From Octopus vulgaris (taxonomy: Eukaryota), in assembly GCA_951406725.2 (NCBI GenBank), contig OX597829.1, forward strand, positions 27,838,001 to 27,902,000: a DNA stretch of 64,000 nt. The letters are read 5' to 3'. Positions 39,901-52,208 of the stretch are shown piece by piece. Under the pieces are notes generated by a model. The model did no database searches, was not told the origin of the DNA, and saw only the letters and a list, made by a program, of their open reading frames with translations. The translations under genes and the position numbers were made by a program. Within the stretch, counting starts at the first letter, position 1, and each line of letters opens with the position of its first letter.

Positions 39901-41724
39901 ATATTTCGTTGAAATTTCAAATCTATGAGATGAGGTAATGCACGATTAATTCAAAACAAGGTGAAGAGATGTAAGCATTATATTTGACAAGAGTAATCTG
40001 AGTGAGAAAGAGTTATATGTCACTGTTGGCTGGTTATTCCTACAGTAGCTGCATACTGATGTGTGTGTTGTGAAATTTAGTGGATAGAAATTGGAACAAG
40101 CCTGTTGTGTGTAGCAAGTTGGTAGGGAGGAGGGAGTGAGAGAGAGAGAGAGCATGCCATGTATCTTGAAATGTGTGTTCTAATTGTAAACAAAAGTCAC
40201 CTTGTGTACAATCCATCAGGGGAATCATGTCCTGCCATTGCACCATTTGCTGTTTGAAGGACGAAGGGGGATAAATATTGTCTTATTATTTTGGAAGCAA
40301 ATGAGTTTTCGTGACATGAAGTCCCAGCCTCTGGTTATAGAAAAATCTGCTTCAACAAAACTAATTTGAGGCAGACAAACATTGATTGAAAAATGGACAT
40401 TAAAACAATGATGCCGACGATGAAGCTGACACTAATGCCTAACCATCCTATGCATGAGCTGTCTTTCTGATTTCATGGTCATTAATTCAGATCTTACTAA
40501 TGTCATTGTATTGTTGTCCCTGACGCTGCAAGCCCAAAATGATATTCCTTGCAATTTAAGATCACTAAAGAAAGAAGAAAAAAATTCTCTCTACTCCCTG
40601 CATCATGATTCAGTAACCTGTGGTAGGAAAAATATAAACTTTCTTATTATCCATGGCATGGGAAAATAGATGTTAAAATGGTAATAATTTTTGAGTTTAT
40701 ACAAAAAGAGATGTAACTAATATATTCTGGGCAAATGTAAATTTGTTACCATGAATATGTTAGTAGATTCAATAAGGAATGGCATCCAGCAGTAGAAACC
40801 AGTGTATTTCAACAGAAATATGGTAGCAAAAGTGTTAAAGTGATCAAAATTTAAATCTTCCATCAAAATTTCATGTTTAATATGTATGTTCCAAATACCA
40901 AATGACAAAGTAGTTTAACTAAATTTTTCATTACTTTCAAATTTAATTGAAACAAAGGCTGCACATTTGAACAGAAATATGGTAACAGATGGATTAATGG
41001 GTTTTAAGAATGTTATTATTTCAAACTAAACATACTTGATGTATTTAACTTTTTCTTGATATAATAAAAATGTTAAAAAGCTGGTGTTGTAACACTTTTA
41101 GTGACCTATTCAGTATGTTGTGGATAGAAGAAAAATTACAGCTGTTGTATATATTTTGAATGTTGTTAGTACAGAAAGGAAAATTTCTAGTGAATCAAGT
41201 CTGTTACATTGCTTTTTCTATTCTGGTTGCCTTATAACCAATTTTATTCACATATCAATGTTATTCATTAAGAATGGCATAAACAACATATCATTACACT
41301 TCTTTTTCATTATGAATTTCCTTTCTACATCATCATTTTAATGCCTGCTTTTCCATGCTAGCATAGGTCAGACAGATTTGAATTTTATTGGGGTTAAATT
41401 TTCTATGACCAGATGCCCTTCCTGTCACCAACCCTCACCTGTTTTCTAAGTAAGGTGATTTTTCCCTCCTGGCCAGACATGTTCTTGCAGAATATTGAAT
41501 GACACTGCTTGAATAATAATGACACTCATTTACAACTATCAGGTTGTAAACAAGGAGACACAAACACAAACAGTCTCACAAATATATGATGGTCTTCTTT
41601 CAGTGTCTGTTTACCAAATTCATTGACAAGGCTTGGGTTAACTCTGGACTATGGTAGATGACACTTACCAAAGGTGCTATGCCAGAAGTGAACACAGCAC
41701 CATGTGGTTGGGAAGCAAACTTCT

Positions 41725-41956
41725 TATTTCTTTATTGCCCACAAGGAGCTAATCATAGAGGGGACAAACAAGGACAGACAAAGGGATTAAGTCGATTATA
41801 TTGACTCCAGTGTGTAACTGGTACTTCATTTATCGACCCCGAAAGGATGACAGGCAAAGTCGACCTCGGCAGAATTTGAACTCAGAACGTAACAACAGAT
41901 GAAATACTGCTAAGCATTTCACCCGGTGTGCTAACGTTTCTGCCAGCTCGCCACTT
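41725..41956 (-). mobile_element. Meta-type SINE nested in a degraded CORE SINE
   Basis: Family match; flanked by an ACTTCTTA duplication. Confidence 0.75.
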
Positions 41957-42489
41957 TATACTTCTTACCTCAGTCACACCTGCACCTACATGAAAGTAGT
42001 ATGTGTTCTTGATAGGAATTATATTTACTAATCATATCAATATATCTATCAGAGAACATCTTTTATCTTTTACTTACTTCGATCAATGAACTGTAGTTAG
42101 GCTGGAGCACTACTTTAGACGTTTTAATCTCATAAATCAACCCTAACCTTTCTTTCTGATTTACTTTTCCTCTGTTTTGCTGAACCCCTAAATCACTGGG
42201 ATATAAACAAACCAACACCAATTGTCAAGCAATTCAGGACATACACACACGCACACACACATTATGGTCTTCCAAACAGTATCCTTCAACCAAATTCTCT
42301 AACAAGGCATTTGTTGGCCTGGGGTTATAGTAGAAGACAGTGAGATTGAACCTGAGTCTGACATGATTGTAAACTGAAGTTCTTAACCACACAGCCATGC
42401 CTGCACCTATAAAAAAATTTTTTGTTTTATTTTTTGGATTTTGTTTATATAAAATTATCCACGATATCAATATTGCCATAATTAATTGT

Positions 42490-42517
42490 ATTGTTTTTCT
42501 CTTATTTTTAGGTAAGT
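42490..42517 (+). promoter_or_regulatory. Candidate recursive splice site (3' splice site fused to a 5' splice site)
   Basis: TTGTTTTTCTCTTATTTTTAG|GTAAGT, with the junction at 42511/42512. Confidence 0.45.
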
Positions 42518-43004
42518 AACAAATCTTGAAATTAACCTGTCCGTGTTTGGTAAGTTGCATGATTATCTATAATTTTTATTCACAAGATAAACAATAACTG
42601 TAAAGTTTACTCTTCAGCATTTAAACCTGCCATATCAACCCGGAATATTGTACCTGTTTTCATGTTCGAACTACCCAGATCTGGCCTCTTACATCTATCC
42701 TACAATGTCATTCTATAAACAATCACATCAATGAAATCTTGAAGCTATGAGATAATGCATGATTAATTCAAAACAATGTGAGTAAATAAGCATTATATTT
42801 GACAAGGTAATCTGAACCAGGGATACTGAATCAACATATCTATTACCATAATTGATGGTGGTTTTGTCTAGCTCTCTGTCTCAGCTCTGATTGAGCAGAA
42901 CTAGGACCAAAGGAATTCAAGTTATAACCATCCATTTTTCTCTGTAAGCCAAATATATCTTTTTCTAAGATGGTGCTCTATGTTGTACAAACATTATTAA
43001 CCTG

Positions 43005-43405
43005 TGAGTCAATATTGAATCAGAGTATCTAATGTTGAGCCAATATGTCTAATGTTGAGTCAATATGTTTAATGTTGATTCAACATGTTTAATGTTGAAT
43101 CAATATAACCAACAGCTTTACCATTAGGTCAAGGGATCTAATGTTAAGTCAACAGGTCTAACATTGAGTCAACAGATCCAACATGTCTAATATAGGTTAC
43201 AAATTTTGGCACAAGGCCAACAATTTCATGAGTGGTGGTGGCGAAGTTGATTACATTGATGTCAGTGCTCAACTGGTACTTATTTTATTCACCCCAAAAG
43301 GACAATCTTCACGGAATTTGAACTCAGAATGTAAACATGGATGAAATGTGCTGCTGTGCTAACAGTTCTGCCAGCTTGCCACCTTCAACATGTCTAATAT
43401 TGAGT
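43005..43405. repeat. 20 bp-period minisatellite with an inserted SINE
   Basis: TCTAATGTTGAGTCAATATG units; the SINE (~43194-43386) is flanked by the TSD CAACATGTCTAATAT. Confidence 0.8.
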
Positions 43406-43569
43406 GACACCTCCTAGCCATTTAGCTATGAACAAAATGTATGAACAATTTATATTTTATTTTAAGGTTATTAAAATCATCTTTCTGTAAAGGCAACCAC
43501 ACTGAGTTACAGTGCTCACAAGCTCACACATATATAAAAGCATGCAATCATGCATATATATTTTACTCC

Positions 43570-43910
43570 TTCAAGTAGCCACAACTGAGATGTGTTTTAC
43601 TATGCCTTGCCAGGAATTTTTGCTTCTCATTATCTTTAATAGATCTTCAGTTTATGTGTCTTCTATCAGTAACATCTATGTAGCAGAGTAGTATTCTTCA
43701 CCTATTAGATTGCAGAAATCTCCAAACTGTAACATCTAATATAGACTATTGTTCAATAAGATAGCAAGCCAACTCTGGGTTGAATAACAAAAGAAGAGCT
43801 GAAATGTGTCTATAAATCTCTTCCTTGGTCTTGTATTCACGCCATGAGATGCTTCGAACCCTCATGAGAAGTCTGATGTATGTGCAATCAAGGTGATTTT
43901 TAAAGTTCCT
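43570..43910 (-). mobile_element. Old RTE-type LINE 3' fragment
   Basis: Translation LDCTYIRLLMRVRSISWREYKTKEEIY resembles the RTE LDGxYTRLLR...NISW...TNxExY motif. Confidence 0.6.
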
Positions 43911-46243
43911 TCTTCATAATCTAGATTTTGGGTCCATAAAGAAAAATGCTCTACACACACAGAGTGATACACCATACATAGGTACATGCATGAAGATTTC
44001 ATTTGTTCAAAATCAAGTGGTGGTGGTGGTTGTGGTCATAATCTAGATTTTGGGTCCATAGAGAAAAATGCTCTACACACACTTCAAGTAACAGTTCGAT
44101 ACAAGAGTTCCCATTTGGTAGGTTAAGTTTATCTATTCACTCCCAGGAGTGTAGAATCTAATATTTGAAACCCTGTTACTTCACCTGAGAGTTTGAGGGA
44201 GAAAGAAAAGTAGTGGAGTTGCTGGGCTGGAGGCAAGTGAGTGAAAAAAGGAATTAAAGTTGAAGGAATGAGGAGGGGGTTGAAAAGAGAAAGAGGGAGA
44301 GAGAGAAAGCAAGAAGGTTATCATCATAATCAAGATCACCACCATCACCATCACTATCATCCTTCCTTCTCCTCCCCTTCATTGTTACCATTATGAACAC
44401 TATTTTGTCATCATTAATACAATCACCACCACCTCCAATATCACCATCACCAGCTCCAAGGTTTCCACTATCATCATCATCATCATCATTGCCATCCCAT
44501 CACTACTTTAATTTCCACATCCTTATCACTACATATACTACCTCCATAAATACTCACAGTAGCAGCATCCCCCTCCATCATTATCATCACTGTCACTACC
44601 ATCTCTTCATAATCAACATTATCATCATTACCACCACCACCACAATGTCCATTATCATTATTATCTTCACAATTATCACCACCACTACTTCCACCCCACA
44701 CACCCCATCGCCACCACCACTATCTCAATTATTCTCATTATCAGCTTCTCTTCTCCATCTTTGTATTCTTTTCAAAATACTCACTTTAAACTTTGCAGGT
44801 CATGTGATGGGAGTTTGATTAATATTTTGGTTGGTTTCCACCAATCAGAGACCTACTTGGTCCTCAGTTTATGAATTATCTGGGTCAGAGTCTTTCACTG
44901 TTTTCAATGTTTCTAGTTTTATTGGCCTGCTACTGCTGCCTGCTGTTGCCTCCACTCATCAAACACACCAAAACTATCCATCAAATTATCACAGACTGAC
45001 ACAATAGCCCCAGCCTCCCTGCCTGACCTACAACTGACCCTCACAGTGATCATCATTTTGGTTTCTCTGTTCTTCATGCATTTTACAACAAAAGAGAACC
45101 CCTAAGAAGGAATATGGGGGTAGAAAGAAAGCAAAGATAAAGAGATTGAAGCAGCAAGGAAGATGGGGAGAGAAAGAGTGGGGAGGAAGACAAAACAGGA
45201 AGAAATATATGGTGGGGGTCATGTAGGGGGGAGGAAGAGTGAGACAGAGAGGATGAGTTAATAAAAAGAAGAAAGAACATGATATGGAAGAAAATAGGGA
45301 GATGTGGAATAAGTGAAAGAAAGTGAAATGTAGAGAAAAAGATGAGATGTTTTTATAACAGAAACCTGGTTTAAAAAGAATATGTAAGTTATGGAAAAAA
45401 AAATAATAATAATAAGCAGCACCAGTAATGATAAAAATTGTTAACATTTGAGCACCATGTCAAAAGCTTGTTTTAATTATCTATTTATTGCTGTTGTTGA
45501 TATTATTATTATTATTATTATTATTGAGTGAGAGAACAATGCATGCCATCAAAGTGACACTGGTGTACAAATATACCAAGCCCAATTATACTCATCATGA
45601 CTACCCAGCTGAGTGAACTGCAGCAAGGTGAAGTAGAGTACCTTATTCAAAGAGACAGCCTGCTGCAGGGAATTGTACTCCTGGACTGAATACGCCTAAC
45701 CACTGAGCCATGCACCTTCACTCTCTTAACCATCAAGAAAAGGAGTGAAGGGATAGAGACAGAAAAAAAAAAAAAACATAGTCATTTACAATGACAATTA
45801 GACTGAAATATGATGGATCTTTTCTAGCTTCTTTACTTTTAACAATGAAGTAGTGGGAAAGACATTTAGTAATGAATAGAGGGAAAGTCTTTCAGGTGTT
45901 TACATTTTTTATTCAGGGAATTCTAGGATGATAGATTGTTAGTGCTCTCTTTTTTCCTCTTCTTTCATTCATAGTTCTTCCTGTCTTTTAGTTGTGGGGA
46001 AAGACCAGGTTTATTTTTCAGGCACTTTTAATGTTTTCTCTACAGACTACACACAAGTTCCACTCCCTGCCTTTTTTTTTTTTTTCAAACAAAAACTACT
46101 GCAAATTTCAAACAGAGTATAACCATGAAAAGAGCCCAGTAAAATAAGTAATACCCACTACAAAATGGGTGGGGGAGAAAAGTTGCCAACAGGTGGCTAC
46201 ACAAAATTCAACTCTATACTTTAAAGAGTGTTTACCATAAGCC

Positions 46244-46700
46244 TTACTCTCTCTTTTACTTGTTTCAGTCATTTGACTGCGGCCATGCTGGAGCACCGCC
46301 TTTAATCGAGCAACTCGACCCCAGGACTTATTCTTTTGTAAGCACAGTACTTATTCTATCGGTCTCTTTTGCCGAACTGCTAAGTAACGGGGACGTAAAC
46401 ACACCAGCATCGGTTGTCAAGCAATGCTAGGGGGACAAACACAGACACACAAACATACACGCACACACATATATATATACATATATACGACGGGCTTCTT
46501 TCAGTTTCCGTCTACCAAATCCACTCACAAGGCATTGGGCGGCCCGGGGCTATAGCAGAAGACACTTGCCCAAGGTGCCACGCAGTGGGACTGAACCCGG
46601 AAGCATGTGGTTGGTTAGCAAGCTACTTACCACACAGCCACTCCTGTGCCAACCAAAGTCTCCTGAGTGAATTTAGTAGACAGAAACTGAAAGAAGCCTG

Positions 46701-46761
<61 letters not shown>

Positions 46762-46975
46762 ATGTGTGTATTTGTGTCTGTGTTTGCCCCCCCATTATTT
46801 GATAACCAATGTTGGTGTGCTTGCATCCCCTTAAGCTAGCTGTTCAGCAGAAGAGACTGATAGAATAAGCACCAGGCTTACAGGGAATAAGTTCAGGGGT
46901 CGATTTCTTCCACTAAAGGGCAGTGCCCCAGCATGGTCACTGTCAAATGACAAGCAAGTAAGAGAATAAAAGAAT
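46244..46975. mobile_element. Head-to-head pair of CORE-type SINEs (46244-46645 minus; ~46650-46975 plus)
   Basis: Family matches in opposite orientation. Confidence 0.8.
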
Positions 46976-47459
46976 ACCAGAAGAACGTTCCGTACCACTA
47001 AACCAAGAAAGTTCTTTGAATATGTACGATGTATTTTAAAGCTAAATAGTAATTCAGTTTATGTTTGTGTAACTGAGATATTTTGGTTGTATTATATAGT
47101 TATTGGTTTTACATGTCTTTCTATATTCTGTAACTGTCACAATATAGAAGCATTTCTCATGGCACCAGCACACAATTTACAGATGGTTAAATTTTTTGTT
47201 TTCCTTAAACTTTTCACAGGTCCAGTTAGTTATTATTATTAAGGCAGTGAGCTGGCAGCATCATTTGCATGCTGGATGAAATGCTTAGCTGTATTCCACC
47301 CATTACTATGTTCTGAGCTCAAATTCTGCTGAGGTTAACTTTGCCTTTCATCCTTTCAGGGTTAATAAAATAACAGTTGAATGCTGGGGGTCGATGTAAT
47401 CAACTGATCCCCTCCTCCAAAATTGCTGCCCTTATGGCAAAATTTGAAACAATTATTAT

Positions 47460-47990
47460 TCTTGAGTGAGAGAGCAGTGCATGCCATTAAAGTGACACTG
47501 GGGTAAAATATACGAAGCCCAATATACCCATCATGACTACCCGTCTGATAAGGGTACACCAGGCACATGCATCACAACCATATGTGCGTGACATCGTGAT
47601 CTCATATCAAGATAAACAGCACATGACCTTGCAGGTGGGGCCCAGTAGGAATTTTATTCTGGTCAAGTAACCCATCCCGCTCAAAAGGTCCCTGAATAAG
47701 GGTTGTTTAAGGATGTTGAATGAAATACCCATGTTTCCAGAAGTGAATTATTCAAACCCCAAGAGTCCCTCTCAACACATGGCTATGATGCTCCCCCACT
47801 ACTTCTGCTCATGATCAGAGATGCACATATCATCAGCTGCTAAGGGACATGCTCAACTGGTTACGGTCAAACAACTGACAAGCAAATCTGTGGTATTAAG
47901 CAGAATATTTGCTGTAGCCCATCTTTTATACCAAGACAAAAAAATGTATGATAACACTTTAACACTTCCAATCAGTTAAGATCAGAAGCC
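47460..47990 (-). mobile_element. Non-coding interspersed element embedded in (TAA)n
   Basis: Its end TTGAGTGAGAGA.CA.TGCATGCCAT.AAAGTGACACTGG, next to (TTA)n, also occurs at ~45523-45610. Confidence 0.55.
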
Positions 47991-48010
47991 TCCTCCTCCT
48001 CCTCCTCCTC

Positions 48011-48070
<60 letters not shown>

Positions 48071-48077
48071 TTATTAC

Positions 48078-48114
<37 letters not shown>

Positions 48115-48265
48115 TAGTTTTATTTTTATAATGTGCTTTCCACTGCCTGGTACTGCATCAGGGCATTTATTATTATTATTATTATTATTCAGTAGTTTTA
48201 TTTTTATAACGTGCTTTCCACTGCCTGGTACTGCATCAGGGCATTTATTATTATTATTATTATTA

Positions 48266-49010
48266 GACTATGGACAATTTCCAAAAGTCTTTAGCATGGC
48301 AGTGTTGCAGGAGGAGGAGGGTGGTCATTGCGTTTTCCAGACAAGCTCTTCAGGAATGTAAGTGCCAACAGCTGAACCTAACTGAGATGCGTGCAGAGGT
48401 ATGAAACTGTCCTACGTGCAATTATTCAGTATCTATGCATTAGCAACTTGTGGGCCTTTTTTGTTGAACAGCTGCTGTTTCATAATATACACTGAGTGTA
48501 TAGTGAAAATGAATTCACCACCTTCCTTTAACAGAGAAGACAGGCAGTTATTTATGTTTAATGACTGTGGCAAAAGAGGCTGTGTACTGGACCTGTCTGA
48601 AACGTTTAACCCTTTAGCATTTCAACCGGCCATATCTGGCCAAAAGTATTCTGCCTGTTTTATGTTCAAACTGGCCATATCTGGTCTCTCACACCAACCC
48701 TACAATATCGTTTTAAAAATTAACAGCTACCTCATCAAAATCTCATAGCTACAAGATAATGCATGATTAGTTCAAAACAATGTGGATAAAAAAAAGCATT
48801 AATTTTGGCAGAATAATGCGAACACTAAAGGGTTAAAGAGAGGTACTTTCCTATCAGGGTTAGCTCTAATTCAGTTTCTTCAAATATCATTTGAAGAGGA
48901 AGGTGAAGATAGAAAAAGAGGTGCTGCCTTTCACTATATTTATCAAAAGATGATTGACAGCGGCAAGACTGGTGAGACTGAATGGATCAACTCTGCTTTA
49001 CTAAGCACGT
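48266..49010 (+). mobile_element. Degenerate Tx1/L1-like LINE ORF2 C-terminus, interrupted by a piggyBac-type MITE
   Basis: A CPTC zinc-knuckle remnant is present. Removing 48610-48836 restores VAKEAVYWTCLKRLKRGTFLSGLALIQF, then KYHLKRKVKIEKEVL. The clade call is from recalled similarity only. Confidence 0.5.
48610..48832. mobile_element. piggyBac-type MITE
   Basis: TTAA TSDs at 48606-48609 and 48833-48836; TIRs CCCTTTAG/CTAAAGGG. Confidence 0.85.
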
Positions 49011-49399
49011 GGATAGAAACTAGAAAATTGCACTTCTCATGCTTCAAACATGACAATGAAATCTAGGATATTTTGTATGGAGTTTACTCCTAATTACTCT
49101 AAACGAACTACCCTGGTATTGGGGATTCTATTAATTATTTACTTTTCTAATTAATTTATATACAAATTAGAAAACTAATTGTGCTGATGATAAATACACA
49201 CACACACAAACATACATACATACATACATCGTGTAATAAAGAATTGCTGCTTGTGCCACATCAAAAAGCATTCAGTACTCTATGTAACTTGATTGGGATT
49301 AGGAAGGGGATGCCTGGTGTAGCTCCTGATCTTACAGGCTCCTGTCAAACTGTCCAGCCTATGCCAGCATAGAGAACAGATGTTAAATGATGATTATAC

Positions 49400-49488
49400 A
49401 AATGTATTTACTTACATACATACACACAAACACACTTATGCATACCTATACATATATACATATACACATACATACAAATATAATACAT

Positions 49489-49552
<64 letters not shown>

Positions 49553-49882
49553 ATATGTATATATAATATACATAAATATATATATAATATAATAGCAGTG
49601 CTCCAGCATGGCCATAGCTCGTGAGCTGAAACTAGATAAAATAAAATATGCATACACACACACACACACACATATATATATAAATGTACATAAATATATA
49701 CATACATGTATATATATGATATACAAACACACACACATATATATATATACATATAAATAATATACATATAATATATATATACATATAAATAATATACATA
49801 TAATATATATATATAATATACATACATATATAATATACATGTATATATATGATATACAAACATATATATATATAAATATATT
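49400..49882. repeat. Compound (TA)/(CA) microsatellite array
   Basis: Directly visible; similar arrays lie at 51905-52250 and 57970-58460. Confidence 0.9.
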
Positions 49883-50441
49883 ATGGCTGCCCCCTCGTTA
49901 TCAAGTATGGCCATTGCACGAAGCTTAACTGTTAATGGTGCTGTGATTGAATGTGACTTTTTAACCCAGCTAAAGATCTACAATGTCTTGTACAAAATTG
50001 GCAACTAAAACCTTTACCGGTAATAGCCGGATGTACCTTTGCATGTCGCTTAAGTCCTCCTGCCGAATTACATTCTCTTCCACATGCCTGACAGATATGG
50101 TTAGTATGGTGTGTAACACCACCACCAGTGGCCAGGTTGTCACTCATTTGTCTCGTTTTATGACTACGAAGATGACTCTTGAGTCCAGCTTTACTGAGGC
50201 AGGGTCTTGCACAGACATTGCATGTCAGCATCAAAGGAAGACCCTTCCCTTCTGGAAGTGTAACAGCAATGCCCTTCCTGACATCCCTCCTTACTTTCTC
50301 ACGTCCAACTCGAGATTTCTCAAAAGTAGCTGTCCCCTCATGCACAATCCTTCTCCAACTGCTACGATCAATAGCTATGCCTTCCCATGTCAGGAGAGAT
50401 GCAAGCATCTCTCAAGGAAGCCTTCAGCAAGTCCTTATACC
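49883..50441 (-). mobile_element. 5'-truncated RTE-clade LINE encoding three C-terminal C2H2 zinc fingers
   Basis: YKDLLKASLRDACISPD/WEGIAIDRSSWRRIV is an RTE C-terminal motif with one frameshift. It is followed by three C-x2-C-x12-H-x3/4-H fingers, a stop at 49932, a short 3' UTR and a (TA)n tail. Confidence 0.85.
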
Positions 50442-50897
50442 TATATATACATAATTATAGACTAGACTACCTGTGACACATTGGGTCACTGGTAAACAAT
50501 GAATTTCCCCAACAACAGAGTTTTGTTTCCTAGGGTTTTTTTTCTACAGGTTATTTTGCATCCTTTCAACGAATGTGACATAGAAAGGTTTTGAGTTTCT
50601 TCCCTTACAGGTTGAAGTTAAGTTTGGAACATTTTCCGTTTCTGTTATTTATACTCCCAAACCCCAAATGACTCAATCACTATTTATGCAAAACTTGTTT
50701 CACTCCGTTCGTATTTACATTTCAAGGTAAAGTTAATTCATAGTATTTTCCCATCATGTCCCAGTTTGGCTGGGTAACATTGCAAGCAAGCAAGACTCAA
50801 GCTTATTTTTAATGTATATATATATATATGTGTGTGTGTATGTATATATATATATATATACATGTTCATATATATATATACATACATACATATTCAT

Positions 50898-51207
50898 ATC
50901 ATCATCATCATCATCATCGTTTAACGTCCGTTTTCCGCGCTAGCACAGGTTGGACGGTTCGACCAGGGTCTGGGAAGCCAGGGGCTGCTCCAGGCTCCAG
51001 TCTGATCTGGCAGAGTTTCTACGGCTGGATGCCCTTCCTAACGCCAACCACTCCGCGAGTGTAGTGGGTGCTTTTTACGTGCCACCTGCACAGGTGCCAG
51101 GAGGGGTCCGGCATCGGCCACAATCGGTTGGAGCTTTTAACATGCCAGCGGCACGGAAGCCAGCCAAGGCGGCGCTGGCAACGGCCACGTTCGGATGGTG
51201 CTTTTTT
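50898..51207 (-). mobile_element. RTE-tailed SINE, (GAT)n tail, young copy
   Basis: Family match; CpGs are retained. Confidence 0.75.
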
Positions 51208-51471
51208 CATATTAGTGATGTGAGTTGATGAAAAGAAATTAGTATTAATGAGTGGAGAGAATACTGTAATTAGTTAATACCAGATTAGTAAAACATTAAC
51301 AAACAGAAACAATTCACACATACTAAATATTATAAACATATAAACACACACAGACTAACATCCACAAGTAAGCACACACACATACACACAGACAGGTACT
51401 TAATTAAAAAACATGCCAGTAAATTCTTCTTCAAGCCCCTTTGCTGTAGTTCTACAACAGAATTGCATAGA

Positions 51472-51906
51472 TTAATTCTTTAGTTTTAGTTTACTCTCTA
51501 AATCCTTTTTCTTCAATCGCATGAGATCCATTTTCATTTGATGTCGCTCTTCTTCCATTGCCATTCTTTGTTCATGTTCTTGTCGGTGCAGTTCAAAAAT
51601 CTGTTTTTCAAATGGACTCAGTACAATATTGAGTTGTTCGTAAGATTGGCACACACTTCCAGATTGTTTTCCTAAAGAATGGTTATAGATGCTGACGCTC
51701 TTGTCGGTAATTCTTGAAGAAATCATAGAAGCAGCCACTTGAACAGCTGATCTGATGTTTGGAAGGCATGGTTGTGTATTCATATGCATGTTATGACATT
51801 TGTTGTCCAAGTGTCTGGCAGCGGAACAGTGGTGTCTGCAAACTACGCTAGTTGCTGCCACATCTCCTGATCTTGGTGCCATGTGGCACAACCGGTGACA
51901 CTTCAT
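51472..51906 (-). CDS. Probable terminal coding exon or retro-fragment; C-terminal coiled coil of Myb/SANT-like (MSANTD/Harbinger-derived-type) proteins
   Basis: 144 uninterrupted non-repetitive codons end in [41 protein letters not shown]. The 5' boundary abuts a microsatellite, so the true start or acceptor is uncertain. Confidence 0.6.
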   Translation of the reverse strand: MKCHRLCHMAPRSGDVAATSVVCRHHCSAARHLDNKCHNMHMNTQPCLPNIRSAVQVAASMISSRITDKSVSIYNHSLGKQSGSVCQSYEQLNIVLSPFEKQIFELHRQEHEQRMAMEEERHQMKMDLMRLKKKDLESKLKLKN

Positions 51907-52158
51907 GTATAATTATATGCATATAAAAATATATATACATATATATATAATATATACACATATATATAATATATACACATATAGATATATATATATGCAT
52001 ATATACATACATATGTATACAAATATATATACATATTTATGCATATGTACATATATATATATATATATAGATATATGCATATATACATATACCTATATAC
52101 AGTTATATATATGCGCATATATATATATATATACATAAACATGTATATATGTATATGT

Positions 52159-52208
<50 letters not shown>

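Noticed and set aside
43005-43190. Palindromic short repeats as a CRISPR-like array
   Set aside because: The units are contiguous with no unique spacers, there are no cas genes, and the context is eukaryotic.
44320-45447. His/Pro/Ser-rich and Phe/Leu-rich ORFs
   Set aside because: They come from degenerate CAT/CAC trinucleotide and polypurine tracts, with no domain signal.
49380-49914. Long YI/CV/HT-rich ORFs (also 39435-39866, 51903-52260, 57926-58570, 25572-25823)
   Set aside because: They are translations of (TA)/(CA)/(TG) microsatellites, which lack stop codons.
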